Origin: Gonapodya sp. JEL0774
Lineage: Eukaryota
Reading direction: 5' to 3'
Length of the DNA stretch: 64,000 nt
Assembly: GCA_027604505.1 (NCBI GenBank)
Contig: JADIIX010000023.1
Span: forward strand, 1 to 64,000
Part shown: piece by piece, positions 51,562 through 64,000 of the stretch
How the letters are laid out: each line of letters opens with the position of its first letter
Numbering within the stretch: position 1 is the first letter of the stretch
Program-made: the position numbers and the translations under genes
Notes under the pieces: model-generated
What the model saw: the letters and a program-made list of their open reading frames with translations, nothing else
What the model was told of the DNA's origin: nothing
Databases searched by the model: none

Positions 51562-52098
51562 TGAAGATATTTCAGAATGCTTGCAGATATGCTGAGCCTC
51601 TATTACTGTAATGTAAAGGTGAATTACACCATCTATGTTTGAGGAAGACGCAATGTAAGGCTCGTATCTGTCCGGCAGCCGTAATAGGGAATGACTGCGG
51701 TCTTAGCGGAAGCCCCCGTTCTCATCGTGCCAGCAAGTTTGAATCGCAACTCCTCTCACCCTCACGCGGGAGATAGCAACCAGCGAGCAGCCTGAGACGC
51801 TCAATAGCTGATTGCCAACCTTCGACCCCGCAAAGGCGGAATAAACCAGATTCGCCTCGCAAGCCATTGAGAAATGGATAATGTGGCGTTAAACGCGCGT
51901 TTGCGTGTGTAGGGGCCAAAGAGATTGATACCCATCGCCCTCGTTTGTAGTGGTTCAGCTATGAAACCCAACCATCCCACACTGAGGCATGGAGAATCAA
52001 TAATATTTGAATACGGGTACTACGTCAGTCATGTAATCACCACGATTGCAGTTTCACAGACTAGCTGAGAAAATTCTCGCGCCGATAGAAATAAAGTC

Positions 52099-54762
52099 TC
52101 AAGAGCAAGGTAGAAAGTTCCCGACAATGAGAATAGGAATGTTACTGACGAGAATATAAAAAGGCACATTATGACATAGAAGTGCTTTCGGATCTCTTGA
52201 GCCAGCTGATACTCACTATCGATCTCTCCGAATCGTGAAAGAAAAACAACAACTAACCACCTTGCCTTTGACTCCCAGTGGTGAGGTATCACTAGCCAAA
52301 CCTCCTCCTGTAACCGTTCCAGCGTTGCCATTTGCTCCAACAGAGCTATTTCCCACTTCTTCGGCCGGCGGGGTCCGAAGAACACAACTTGTCAAAACCG
52401 CCTTCTGACCTTCGTCGAATGCGATATTCCCATATTTCTCCCAATAATTAACAGCTGAATCCTCTTGTAGCAATTCGTAAATGCATGTCCGTCCCTCAGA
52501 TAATTTTTCCAGGGGCAAGCCCACAAGCTTTGCAAATTCCCGGTTGGTTTTGCAAATCTCGCCTGTTCGACGCCAAAGGCAAGCAGGTATTCCCATGGAA
52601 GAAAACACACGGTCATACTCCAGCAATAGTCGTTCGAATTGCTCCTCAACGAGCACCAGGTCCAAGTCTGTGAGAGACTGTGCAACCGATCGGAACGCAG
52701 GTCTAATCGTGCCAATAACGGAGAGAATACGTTGTCTGGCAGGTGGGCTCATATGACGTTCCATATACCGTTGGAGCCGAACGTAGCCAGCGTGATAGTT
52801 GTAGGGCTTCAAGAGACCGGCCTCAAACTTCGCGTGGATTACACGCGTGAGCCTATCTTCCGGGGAGTCTGAGTCATCCGGATCGGCAGCGGTCAAAATA
52901 AAACGTTCGGCTTGGGATATAAATGGCCGACCAGACCCTCCAGCATTAGGTGGAGTCGGGTTTCGCGAAAGGCCGCCTGTTGTTCCCTCTCCTGGATTTG
53001 GATACGTAAGTCCTGCTGCCGTCGCCGCCGCCATCTCAAATGAGTTGAACGCCTCAGCATCGGCCTGTGCGTTTGATTCCGTGGGGAACGTTCCGCCGAG
53101 TGCAGCCGGGTCAACAAACTGACCAGAGGCGTCCAAAGAGTTGAGAAATTCTGTTATGATAGAAAATTCTTCGCCAGAATGGGCTGACGCAAAAAGATTC
53201 GGAAAAGCTTGAAGCGACCCCAGGAGATCCAGCGTCGTGAGGAATGATGAAGGATTCGGTGGAGGTGTGAATGAGGTGAGGTGTGAGACTTGATCGAGAC
53301 TTCCAGTAGTGACAGTAGGAAGAGACACGAGGGAAGAGAGATCTGCTGCAGGCAACGAGCCATCTGTTGGATTTGACGAGAGCAAAGTCGCGAGTGCGGA
53401 AGCAGCCGATTGAGGTGAAGGAAGATGGAGGGGAGCTGTTGGGGAGAGGGCAATGGATCCTGTCGAGTACTAGAAAATGAAGTCAGGTTGTTGTTCGGTT
53501 GTTGTCAGCACCCTCGCGATTGGTGCAACAATTGCATGACATACTCCGCCATTGTTTCCTGTCCGGATGACGTGATTTACATCAGCAGTGTTTTCGTTTT
53601 GCATAGGAGGGGCTGAGGAGTTTGCGGTAAGTTTTGGGTCGTTTGCATGGTATTGAGTTGTCGTCCCGGATACAACCCCCCTTGTGACAACATTCGGATC
53701 AGAGTTATGGCCACTAGGTGATACGACAGGCTCCACAACAGACACTTGGCCCGTTAGCAAGGTAGCATCAGTCAAACTCGAAAGTCCATTTCCAGGCCCG
53801 CCGGGAGCCAGAACTCCAACCGCGCCATACACACCGGGTGCCATCTGTATAAGAGGGCCGCCCACTGTGGCAATCTGACCATTAGAGGACGGTATTCGCA
53901 CAGTCTTCCCTGATTGGCCTACACCGAGTTTGGCCAAAGCTGCGAGAGTGGGTGCATCGACTAACGTCGGGGAGGCATTTGCGGACGAGTGCACAGTCCC
54001 CATTGAGGGAGACGATGATGGTTCGTCATGACAAAGGTGAGGAATGTTGCGCTTTATACAGCGTTGGCATGGCCGCGTATCGTCTGAGGGAAGGCCCATG
54101 ATTGCGGAGACGATTTGGGTGGCAAGGTACAAGGATGGGGAAAACGTTAAGAAAGAGCTAATAAGACCAAGGCAGTATTCCCAACACAGAGATTCCGCTA
54201 ATGAGGTTTAACTGAGCCCGGATCCTCGCAGCAGGGCATTGTTTGATTCGCCAAACAAGGAATTCCTCGCAATGCCCAGAGTTAGGAGTTGAGCAGTGGC
54301 AGCCTCCGACCCAAATACTCTCACAGCAAACAGACAGATTGAATCTTTGAGAAAGAAGCGAGCTCCAGAGCACGAACGAATAGGTTACAATCTATCCCAT
54401 GAGTACCGATTCCAGAGCACCCAGTAATCTCCAAGAGAGTGAATCAATGCGATTCAAGCACCAGAGAGTTCTTGCCAGTTAGGAGATTCACGATGCCAAT
54501 AGACCATTCACATCTGAGTTCACATCCCCTGTTCTTGCAAATCGTCAACCTAGCGTGCACCAAATCATTACGTACCACAGGTCATATGACTTCTCCTGCA
54601 GTAAACACATGCATGAGAGACCTTTTTTCGCTTCGGCGGGCCACCGGAACCCTTGTTCCTCTTCAGTGCCGTTGCAGGGGAGCCATCATCAGTTTCATCC
54701 GCCAACCCATCTCCTTCGGATTTCACAAAGGATTCCAGATCAACTGGAGAGTCTCCAGTCAT
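52099..54762 (-). CDS. RDS2: Zn2Cys6 gluconeogenesis regulator Rds2/AcuM (C-terminal PAS-like domain)
   Basis: KKVSHACVYCRRSHMTC|DDTRPCQRCIKRNIPHLCHDEP; FILTAADP; LLKPYNY..GY.RLQ.YM; FERLLLEYDRVF; PACLWRRTGEI; NYWEKYGNIAFD; CCFSFTIRRD. Confidence 0.95.
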
Positions 54763-54972
54763 AATGCGCTCCGGATATCGCGCGGCTGACTGTGGTTGTG
54801 ATGACTCGTAGGAGTTTAACTGTGGGTCCAGTGCAGAGCCCCACCACCGGATGATCAGGTAAAGGTAAAAGTTATATATTGTACATACATTCTCATATTT
54901 GGTGAATATGTCAAAATGGAAGTGGAAAACTCTTTCGCATTTCATCAGAAGCACAACCCACAGGTGCACATT

Positions 54973-57900
54973 CTATCCACTCAACTTCGCCAACAACTCC
55001 GACACAGAGTTCCCAGCAGCTGATCCCACAGTTGGAAGACTCTGGCAATCACTACCACCCCTTGCCTCGTGGGAGTATCCGCCAGTCAATGGATACATGT
55101 GCGCGCGCATTTGGTGATTCACATGCCCGTAGTAACCAGTATGAGGGATTGCCGGGCCTGGATATTGTACCATCCCCATAGGTCGATATCCATGACTATA
55201 AGACGAAACTCCCGCACCGTACCCAGCCCCAACCTGTGACACTGAGCCACTCCCTCCCCAGTCGAATGAGGGTGGTGTATGATAGGCAGACGTCAAGCTT
55301 GGACTCATAGATGATGTAATACCGCCCCCGGCGACAGGCCGTTGAGCAAAAAGTCGCGCCAGTCCCTCTTCATAGCTCTTGAGAGCATTACTCGCCACAG
55401 CAGCTGGTACTGGGGAGGAGTTCAGAGCACCAAGAAGCCTGTTGATCTGGACAGCAGGCAGACGCTCATGCGAACTTGAAAGGGAGGGTTCTGTAGGCAT
55501 ACGAGATTTCATGCTTTGTGAGGGTGGATATGATGGGCTGCTGTTAATAGAATGTCTGCCTCCACCTGCTCCAGTTGCTGACGCGCGAAGTCCCAACGCC
55601 CTCTCAACAGTTCCAAGATAATCTTCATAGTTCACTTGTGTTACTGCTGTTGTGGAAGAATCGGAACGCGGTCCGTGTGGTGTCGTTTGAATTGTTGAGC
55701 TTGCGGTTCCATTTGGTTTCGCAGGACCAACACCAAACTGAAATTTTCCGTCCAAATCGGCTGTTCCGGCTACTGCAGAAGTGAACATGTGTTTGCCACT
55801 TATTTTCTTGCGCTTTGCAGGAGGAAGCTGCTCCCCAGGGATCAAATTGTTTGGAGGGGCGAGCAGTGCACGATGGGTTGGAAGAGAGGGTCCCCGGAAT
55901 GTGCCAGGAGGGAGTGCCAGAATTCCCTTCCACTCAGGCAGATCATCCATTAACCGTCTTGAGGCCTGCCCTGCGTTCAGCATTCCACTTGATGCTCCAC
56001 CCAGTGCAACCAGGTCTGGAAGGTCAGTTGGTGAGTCTGGAGGCGGCGTCATGGGCGGCCCGAAGAGGCCACGAACGTCGATTTTTACTGCGTCGGGAAT
56101 ACAACTGATCGAGCGATAATGAGTATGACTGAACAGTTCGAAAGCTTGAACAGTACAAGTCTTAAAACGTACTTGCACCATTTTGACTTCATCCCCACTT
56201 CAATCCACCTGTCTGTACCAAAATTGACGGCCTCCGCACAATTCTGAGAAGTCACGAGTATTTCTCAGTTGGCACGGATAATGACTGACTCGCAATCGTA
56301 CATACCAGTCCGCAGTTGAAACCCTGGTGGTAGGCACCAGGAAACGTGACAACAAATTCCCCTTGTCGCTGACATACACGATGGCAGGGAATATTCCACT
56401 TTCTGAGAAATGTTGGGCTCATCACAAATTCCTTGTGCCGAAGAAATTCTGCACATCTTTTTGCATCAGCTGGGAAGAGGGCTTCACACAAGAATATACA
56501 TTCAGACAAGGAGTGAGAAACAGCGAAGCATTAACATATAAACCCACACTGGGCAAGACGCTCAAGTCGCTCTTTATGAGCTGGTGGCACAAAGTACCAC
56601 GTCTTCGGTGCACCAAAGTGGAGGTAACTGCATGTTGAAGTCACAAGGTTATCATTCCGAGCGTCCAAAAACATTCAAAAAAACTCCTACTTGATTGAGT
56701 AGAGATCAACGTCCTCAAGGTGCCAGGCGAAAGTGGCTTTCCACATACCAAAGTACACATAGGGGGAAGTGATGCCGGGAATGGGGACCTGGCACAGAAT
56801 AATTGAGAGCATCCGGAAGCCTGAGTATGTTCAACCTAAACACCTCAACTATAAAATTGGAGTTTGGCGACTTACATTGATTTTCCGTAGGATGTTTTCG
56901 AGTCTGGAAAGGTTCCATTGGCCCCCTTTTCCTCGCTCGAAAACTGTCCCCTGTTGATCCGCCCCGTACGTTGGAGTTCCATAGCTCAGGTTTCGCCAGT
57001 AGTGTCTCTCCAAATCCTTCTCCTTTTCCTCATCATATCGTTCATTCAATGTAAAGATCGTTCCAAGAAGTTCCGGTGGAAGAACTTCGGGGTTGTCGAT
57101 AGAGGGGAGGACACGCTTCTTCACAAACTTCTTGCGTTTCTGGGGTGATGTGACTGACTGTGACGTTGTTTGGTGAGTTGGTCCTTTTTGTTCCCCAGAA
57201 ACGTTGACGTCGTCGAGTTTTGTGTCATTATGCACATCGATGTGCTTCTCGTCACCTGTGTCAGGAGGGCTGGCCGGTGCGGCAGTTGGCATCGGCACCT
57301 CTTGGATTTCGGAGCACGTAAGCGGGCTGACTGCGAGACCGCGCTCTCCTTCATCGATGGATGCATCCTGGTTACCATCAACGTCAACGATTTCAGTGTC
57401 AGAAATATCTTCAGATACACCCAATGCGTCAGGTCCCACAATAGCAGCAGGCGCACATCGGTAATCTTCCCCAGTGTCCCCATTCACTCCCTCAACTTTT
57501 GCACGCCTACCAAGTGCAATGCTCTTCGACTGGCCACCTCGTCCACGGCGAGAAACTGGCTGCCTTCGTGCCTTAACGGGGCGAACTTTGACTTTTGGTT
57601 CTTCACCCGGCGTCCATTCAATATCACTCTCCGTGTCCCCTCCGGCCTCATCGGACTCCACATCATGATTGCCATGCTCTTCTTCGTCTTCTGTCCTCAT
57701 TCGCTTCTTCCCTCCCCTTAGACCCCGCTCGCCATCCACATCATAGTCGATCCCTGGTGGTTGGTTAACCTCCCTCAACGCATCCCTTGCGAATTCTCCA
57801 AAACTCCACTCCCGACGCCGAGTTTCCATGTTGAGCTGCCGGTAGACACCGTGCCGACCTGAAAAATGTTGAGTGATCGGTGTCCGCAAGCGAAATGTTG

Positions 57901-58872
57901 AGAGGCGAAGAGGAGCGTAGTCACATGGACGACCCATGTCGGAAAGGTAGGACTCGGGGGCAATAATCTCAATTGGTATGCGAGATTTAGAGTTGAAAGA
58001 GTTGAATCGACATACGAGTTGCCAAGCAGAGAGCTCACCTTGATACCACCGCGCTCAATTCCCCACGGCTCCACAGCTTTCAAAAATGTTTCGAAGTCCT
58101 TGAACTGCTCTCCAGTTGGCCGAAACACCGCCATCCCATGAGGCTCGAAGAAATGGTCTGGTCTTACACCGAGGTCATTTGGGAATCTATCCACTTTGCA
58201 GCACGCGCATTCCATCGATGCCGCATTTTCCTCATCGCTGTCCGAAGAAAGCTCCACTTCGGCCTCCATTTCAGAGTCCTTCACAAGGTCGGGTGGAAAT
58301 GCGGGGCCCGTCCTCTCATCTGGTACGAAAATGCCCGGGAGGTTGGTCGGAAGGGAGTTGCCGGGTTTGACTGGGAAGAAGCCTGGATGCATCAGAACTG
58401 TAAGATTTGGCCATCAAGCTCAGTAACATATTGGACAGTACATACCAGCATTCGGCATTCCTGAGTCGGAGGCTGAGCCCGTGTCGTGGCACTTGTCACG
58501 ATCGCTAACATGAATGCCCAGCACGCCCTCCGACGGAACGTCGTTCGTGCGAGAGTCAGTTCTGTTCAAACTCATTGATAAGGTTATTGGTGTTGGGCCA
58601 TTTTCCGAGGTTGGGCCTTGGAGGTTGTCGTAAAGAGTGTTCTCTCCAACCGCTACATTTTTTGGCTGAACTACGGTACCTGAGCCTTTATTGACAACTG
58701 CGAGACGGCCATCCTTCTTAATAACATCGTCGTCCGTGGAGTCAAAGCCTTCCATTGACTGATATTGTTGGGTGCCAGTCCCTTCGAAATCTGGTTTGTG
58801 TTGTACTGGATACGTATGTTTCAGTCTCCCAACCGGTATGGAGAAATCAAGGAAATCCACCAGTTGATGCAC
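54973..58872 (-). CDS. KDM4: JmjN/JmjC histone demethylase, KDM4 (Rph1/JMJD2) family; start uncertain
   Basis: Jmj[13 protein letters not shown]. Jmj[75 protein letters not shown]. The Fe-binding H-x-E...H residues are intact. Confidence 0.95.
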
Positions 58873-59399
58873 AAATTTGAACTCCTTCTACCTCCTGTGA
58901 ATGAAGCGGACTTTGTTTGGTGAAAAGAATCAAGAATCCCAGATTCAGGGATGACAGCTGCTGTCAGGCGCTGAATGTCCACAATCAAACTCACCGTGGA
59001 CTTCTCATGCAGCGCTGTTTGATGGTGTCGCTTCCTGTCGAGTGCAGGTGACCCTTCAAACTCTATTTACTTCGGTCGTTGCCAAAATAAGTTGTGCATG
59101 ACTCAACCACTCAAATTTCATTTCTTTGCTGTTCCTCTCTCTGCCACTGCGGACTACATCGGATATCAAGTTTTCAGACAGTTGTGGGACCTCGGTAACA
59201 ATAATATTATTGTTCCGGGTGCTTAGAATTAGTGTACTGCGATTATGCGAACTATAGGACAAAAGCTAGGTTATTCGTGGATATTGTGATCAACGGGCAA
59301 ACTCAAAGCAGGGCAAAAACATGTTATTGGTTGAGTGTGCTGCTGTCCACCACGTCCTGTGTTATTAGTCTGCCCAAGGACTACGCCCTCTCTTACATA

Positions 59400-61986
59400 A
59401 TGGCCACCGCTTCTTCTTCATCTACCTCACACCCATCTCTACAAACGAATCTGTCCGCTCTACCGACGATTGCGTTCCTGGAGTCCATGGCCACAAATTC
59501 ACAATCACAATCGGGTCCCAGGCTTGGAACTGCACGGACGAATGCCAAACGTGAGTGGGATGTACAAACTGATCCCAATCAGTTCATAATCTTGATTGAT
59601 CCGAGGGATGCGTTTGTGGTGACGTTGGTAGAGTTGTCGGCCACGAACAGCCGTCCTCCAACCGGACGATCATCGCCGAGCACTCCCGCACAACCATCAC
59701 CCTCTTTACATCGCCCGAAATCCCGTGCTGGTGATACTCCTCACCCAAACGATCGTTCCCCTTCACCCGCGCGGCGAACCAACTCACCCCCTCACCTGAA
59801 AACTTCCCACGTCTCCCACACACACAACCACTCTCCTGATTCTGCTTCCTCCGATCGCAGTACGTCATTGTCCGCGCCGTCTGCTGTAGCACCCCTACCG
59901 CTGGATCCTGCGGCACTGCAGTCGGACTACGTACGGACACTTCAGCAACAAGTGTACTTGTTGGAATTGGAGACTAGATATCTGAAAAAGAATGGTCCGA
60001 CTGGGGAGGCCTATACCCGCATGAATGGTGGGACTATGGCGGCGGGGCTCAACGATGCAATGCGTGGGCTGAAAGTTAAATATGTTGAACTGGAAGAGCG
60101 ATTCCGTGATGATATCAAAGTGAGTCGCGACGATGAAATGACGAATATCTCTCTTTCCCATTCGAAGGAGGAAGTCACTGTCACATGTGACCGCGAGGAG
60201 GGCTATGTGGTTAGAAAGTAATTTGCCCGGTGTCTCCAGGCCGTTTGTCGCGCCGAATGGTGCAAAGACACTCAAGTTTATTTAACAATTTGCTGAAATG
60301 GTGGCCTCCGTCATGACAGACCCTCCAGGATCAAGTTCACGCCCTCCGCACCCAAACTTCGATGGATGCAATGAAAATCACTGACCTGGAAAAGGATAAA
60401 GAAACTCTGAAGGAAGACGTGCAACGTGCGCGTGGTGCGTGAAAGAGAAGTCTGCTACGTTGTGCAGTGCGATTTGGCGGAATACATCAGGCTCACGCCA
60501 CTTGTTTCGACACGTAAGATGAGGCAAACAATGAAAAAGCGGAGCTGTACGTTGTTATGCCAATTCTCGCTTCATGTTGTTGCCTCCCACGTTCTTCGCT
60601 TCGCCCACAAGGCATGCATCCCTAGCGGCAGCGCGCTCCTCCCTATCCTCGGCCCACCTCACCAACACCTCCGTACAGAATTCCAATAATCGTTTAACTC
60701 AAGAAAATTCACGACTTGCGTCCCTTGCTGCATCCCGCGAGTTTGAAAGGACGTCCATGGCTGCGGAGCGAGACTCTCACCGGCGCACATCTGAGGAACT
60801 CCGCGCTAAGCTCGAAGCCTGCGAGAAGAGGGCTCTTGGTCTGGAGACGCGGCTAGCAGACACCGAGAGAGTCCATGCGGTGTCGGATGTCGGATTTTTG
60901 TCTGGGAGGGTGATGGAATTGGAGGGGGAGCTTACGAAAACGAGGGAGCACCTGCGTGTGTGTGAAACGCGGCTTGCGAATGAGGAGGTGGTTAGAAAAA
61001 GAGTCCAAGAAGAAAATGCCTCGTTGGTGAAAAGGGGTGTTGAGGGCGTTGCCGAAGTGGAAAGGGTTGTGGCGAAACTGAAGCGTGTGAGTTGTGCGGC
61101 AAACGCGGACCATCTGCGGTGCAAGGTTGACCTTTTCGCACTTTTCGTCACGTTTTCCTAATTCAAGGATGAATCTCAGGATGCATCCACCACCCGGCGT
61201 ATCGCTGACCTCTCGGCATCATCTGAACTCGCCCGCAGCGACCTCGTCCGTGTTTCACACGAACTCGACCTATCTCGATCGGCGCTAACTGCTTCCGAAG
61301 CTCGGTCTATGGCAGTCGCGGAGGAGCTCAGGATGACAATGGAAGAATTGGAGGCTGCTAACGTAGCGAAGGTAGGATGTGAGGAAAGATCCAAAGCAGC
61401 AGAGGAAAAGGTGAAGGAGGTGGAAGGCGTGGTTGAATTGCTTATCAGAGAGAAAGAGTGAGTTGTGGCAAGTACAGTTGCAAGAAATTAAGTAGCTAAC
61501 CGCTCGGAAAATTCTTTGCTCGGTGTTCCTTCATCCCACTCCACTGCACATATGGAATCATCCAAAATCATCATCTAACTATCTATATTTCGCCAATGCT
61601 GTCTCGGAAGCTCCCTCCATTCCGACTTGCGCAATCTGAAATCCCAGCACAGTCAGTTAAGTACCCAACACACGGCACTCCAAGCGGCCCACCGACGCCT
61701 CGCTGCACAGCTCGATGACCTACGGTCCCAAACGGAGGAACGTGACCGACTTGGGCGGTTGGTGGAGCAGGTTGAGGCTAGCGGCGAAGGATATCTTCAG
61801 CTTATGAAAGATGTGAGAAGGGCTTTGGCCGGAAGGGGTGCTGTGGTTCCCAGCGGAAGTGGTGCAGTGGGGACAGTGACGCAGTCAGGGCAGATGGGAA
61901 TAAGGGGGGGTAGGGGATTTAACGGTGCACGGTTCAGTGTGGAGGACTTACGAGATGAAGTGGAGAGAGAGATGAGGCGGGGTTAG
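59400..61986 (+). CDS. Uncharacterised long coiled-coil protein (possibly centrosomal/basal-body)
   Basis: S/P-rich N-terminus, DYVRTLQQQVYLLELETRYLKK, then several heptad-rich exons joined by GT..AG introns. Confidence 0.7.
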
Positions 61987-62433
61987 CAAATTGAGACCTT
62001 GTTTGCTATGAAAGAATAGGGCTATGCTGGCTGGCAGGTTTTAGTCGTGTCCCACACTCACAAAGGTTATGGTAGCACGGTGCTGTGATAGTTCTCAAAC
62101 GGCCGGGGACTGGGCAGCTATTTCAGTTATCGTGAGTCGCACCCGGTTCCACGCACCTCTGTTCGCTTGATGAGTGATATCAACTGGATAAAATTCCATG
62201 AAGTTTCAATCGTGTATGTGCGTTCGTGGAGTAGGATATGTAATCTCCAAGTAAGGTAGCGTGGATATGTACTTACATACGATATTCAGGTGGTGGGGAG
62301 CAGAGAAAGTGCACACGACAGGGTCCTGTCGGCGGGACAGCCACCAAAATAAGATTCATGCTTCTCATAATACCTCACCCCCCTTATAATTTATAAGTCG
62401 GTCCAGGTCCCATCAAGCCCCGTGAACACAACT

Positions 62434-64000
62434 ATGTCTTCATCTCTGGAACAAGGAATTTCTCGATCCGGGTTTCCTTTAGCATCCGGGTCCACTGCAT
62501 TCACAGGTTCCACTGCAGGTGGATCGTCTTCACCAACCCGCCGTGTTTCTGCGTCGTCCTCCCTAGACTACTCGACGACGAACCAGCCAGTAAAAGTGGC
62601 CGTTATTGGATCAGGATTGGCTGGTTTGACTACTGCCTTTATCCTCTCAACCCAAACTCCCAGATCAGAAGATGCATCAGGAGCTCCACCTTTCGTCGTC
62701 TCCTTGTACGAAAAAGCGAATGCCCCAGGAATGGATTCTGCCTCAGTCGCACTCAAATGTTCGTGCAGACGCTGTTCTGGGAACAAGAATTCGACACATG
62801 ATCACATTGAGGGTAAAATAGAAGTCCCACAGAGAGCTTTCAGTCCGGGTAAGTGGTCGAGCAATGAAGGTGTTCTCAGATTTTTTGAATTCTTAAAAAC
62901 CAGTGAGGGCCCTCACTTCAGCATGGAAAACACTGGGAACTCGGTTCTTCAGAGTCCCCTAATGCTTACTCACTCCAATCATTCGTCTTCCGCCCCTCTG
63001 AAAGATTGGTACCCCACACTTGTCGCAATGTATCGCTATCTTGGCATACCGTTTGACATGCGTGACGACACACCCTCGGTCTCCCTTCACCGCGTTGGAT
63101 CGAACCCCAGCAACCCCGCATCTTCGCAGCCAAAGCCTCCTGCAGCATCTCGTGCCCATTCTCAGACTCTGACCTCAACCCCAAAGCAGGCGTCCACACA
63201 AGCCAAGTTCATTCCTAAAAGACCTCGCCCGGCAAGCGCAAACGTCTTGTCAGCACCTTCTGTCCCTTCCTCCTCGTCTCCAAGCCGCGCGCCTCCGGCA
63301 ACTTATGCTTCACCTTCATCTGTACCTGTCCCTATTGTACCAGTTACCCTTCTTGCCTCACCCTCCCTCATTCCATCCGACGGCGAGGGTGACTTCGATA
63401 CGGCACCTGACCTAAGTGATGCCGAAGACACTCGACACTCCTCCCGCCTTCGCCCAGATCATCATCGCGGCCCACGCACAGCTTCTCACACGTCTCTCGC
63501 TGGATCGTCATCTTCGTCCTCGTTGTCCGGCACCACCACCCTGGGTCCCACCTCCCACGTTGTTACCCTGTGGACCGGCTCTCAGCTAAATGTCACCCCA
63601 ACCCGAGTTGTGGCCCTTCCTTTTCCATCCTTGTCCTTACCACCAACTATCTCTGCGTGGCTTTCCCTCCTGTCGCCCTATGGACTGTATACAGCTACCA
63701 CCGCCTTCGCCCGCAATACTCGTCTTATGCTCGAGTTTTACGGCTTGCAGAGGGACGCACACGCGCTCAGGGCTGCACGGGGGCTAAAAAATCTGAAGGA
63801 AACTACCGAAGAGTGGCTGGTGAAGAGGGGCACGAGTGTCCAGCTGAGAGAAGGTTTTATTTACCCTATGATGAGTGGTGTGTGTACTTGTGGTGTGGGG
63901 GACGTGAGAAACTACGACGCGAGAGCCATTGTTGGTGAGTTGAAATTTAGTGACCGTTTGTTCGTTGAGGAGCAGTACGTCCCACAGAATCACGGAATGC
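62434..64000 (+). CDS. FAD-dependent oxidoreductase (COG2907 / amine-oxidase-like), 5' part; missing from the ORF track because the frame runs off the window
   Basis: KVAVIGSGLAGLTTAF (Rossmann GxGxxG), VSLYEK...GMDS, IEVPQRAF..|DWYPTLVAMYRYLGI, EEWLVKRG...FIYPMMSGVCTC...VRNYDA. Confidence 0.85.
   Translation, partial: MSSSLEQGISRSGFPLASGSTAFTGSTAGGSSSPTRRVSASSSLDYSTTNQPVKVAVIGSGLAGLTTAFILSTQTPRSEDASGAPPFVVSLYEKANAPGMDSASVALKCSCRRCSGNKNSTHDHIEGKIEVPQRAFSPGKWSSNEGVLRFFEFLKTSEGPHFSMENTGNSVLQSPLMLTHSNHSSSAPLKDWYPTLVAMYRYLGIPFDMRDDTPSVSLHRVGSNPSNPASSQPKPPAASRAHSQTLTSTPKQASTQAKFIPKRPRPASANVLSAPSVPSSSSPSRAPPATYASPSSVPVPIVPVTLLASPSLIPSDGEGDFDTAPDLSDAEDTRHSSRLRPDHHRGPRTASHTSLAGSSSSSSLSGTTTLGPTSHVVTLWTGSQLNVTPTRVVALPFPSLSLPPTISAWLSLLSPYGLYTATTAFARNTRLMLEFYGLQRDAHALRAARGLKNLKETTEEWLVKRGTSVQLREGFIYPMMSGVCTCGVGDVRNYDARAIVGELKFSDRLFVEEQYVPQNHGM

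Overview
Gene-dense, intron-rich eukaryotic DNA from a fungus. An early-diverging (chytrid-grade/zoosporic) lineage is inferred from the mix of fungal genes (GVP36, RDS2/AcuM, WC-2, MET17) with genes absent from Dikarya (SLBP, ParB-HTH-Dam). About 22 spliced protein-coding genes can be reconstructed by hand; most ORF-track entries are exon fragments or shadow ORFs. The genes are SAC3 (partial), PIH1, APN2, GVP36, TRM10, NAA38/MAK31, NDUFA2, WC-2-like, FBP1, RAD3/XPD, MRP10, an orphan Zn-finger gene, an RGG/coiled-coil gene, CWC23, EFG1, RPL41, ZW10, MET17, a ParB-like-HTH plus phage-Dam-type adenine methyltransferase-fold gene, SLBP, RDS2, KDM4, a coiled-coil gene and a partial FAD oxidoreductase. 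The most notable items are: (1) the spliced Dam-fold gene with its catalytic NPPY changed to NMSY, a candidate pseudo-enzyme or 6mA reader; (2) a ~650-bp non-coding tandem repeat present at two loci 34 kb apart, with a conserved hairpin and mosaic units; (3) a fungal SLBP; (4) extremely tight gene packing, including divergent ATGs 7 bp apart; (5) unusual intron properties. All family calls come from motif recognition by eye, no searches were run, and exon boundaries are approximate.
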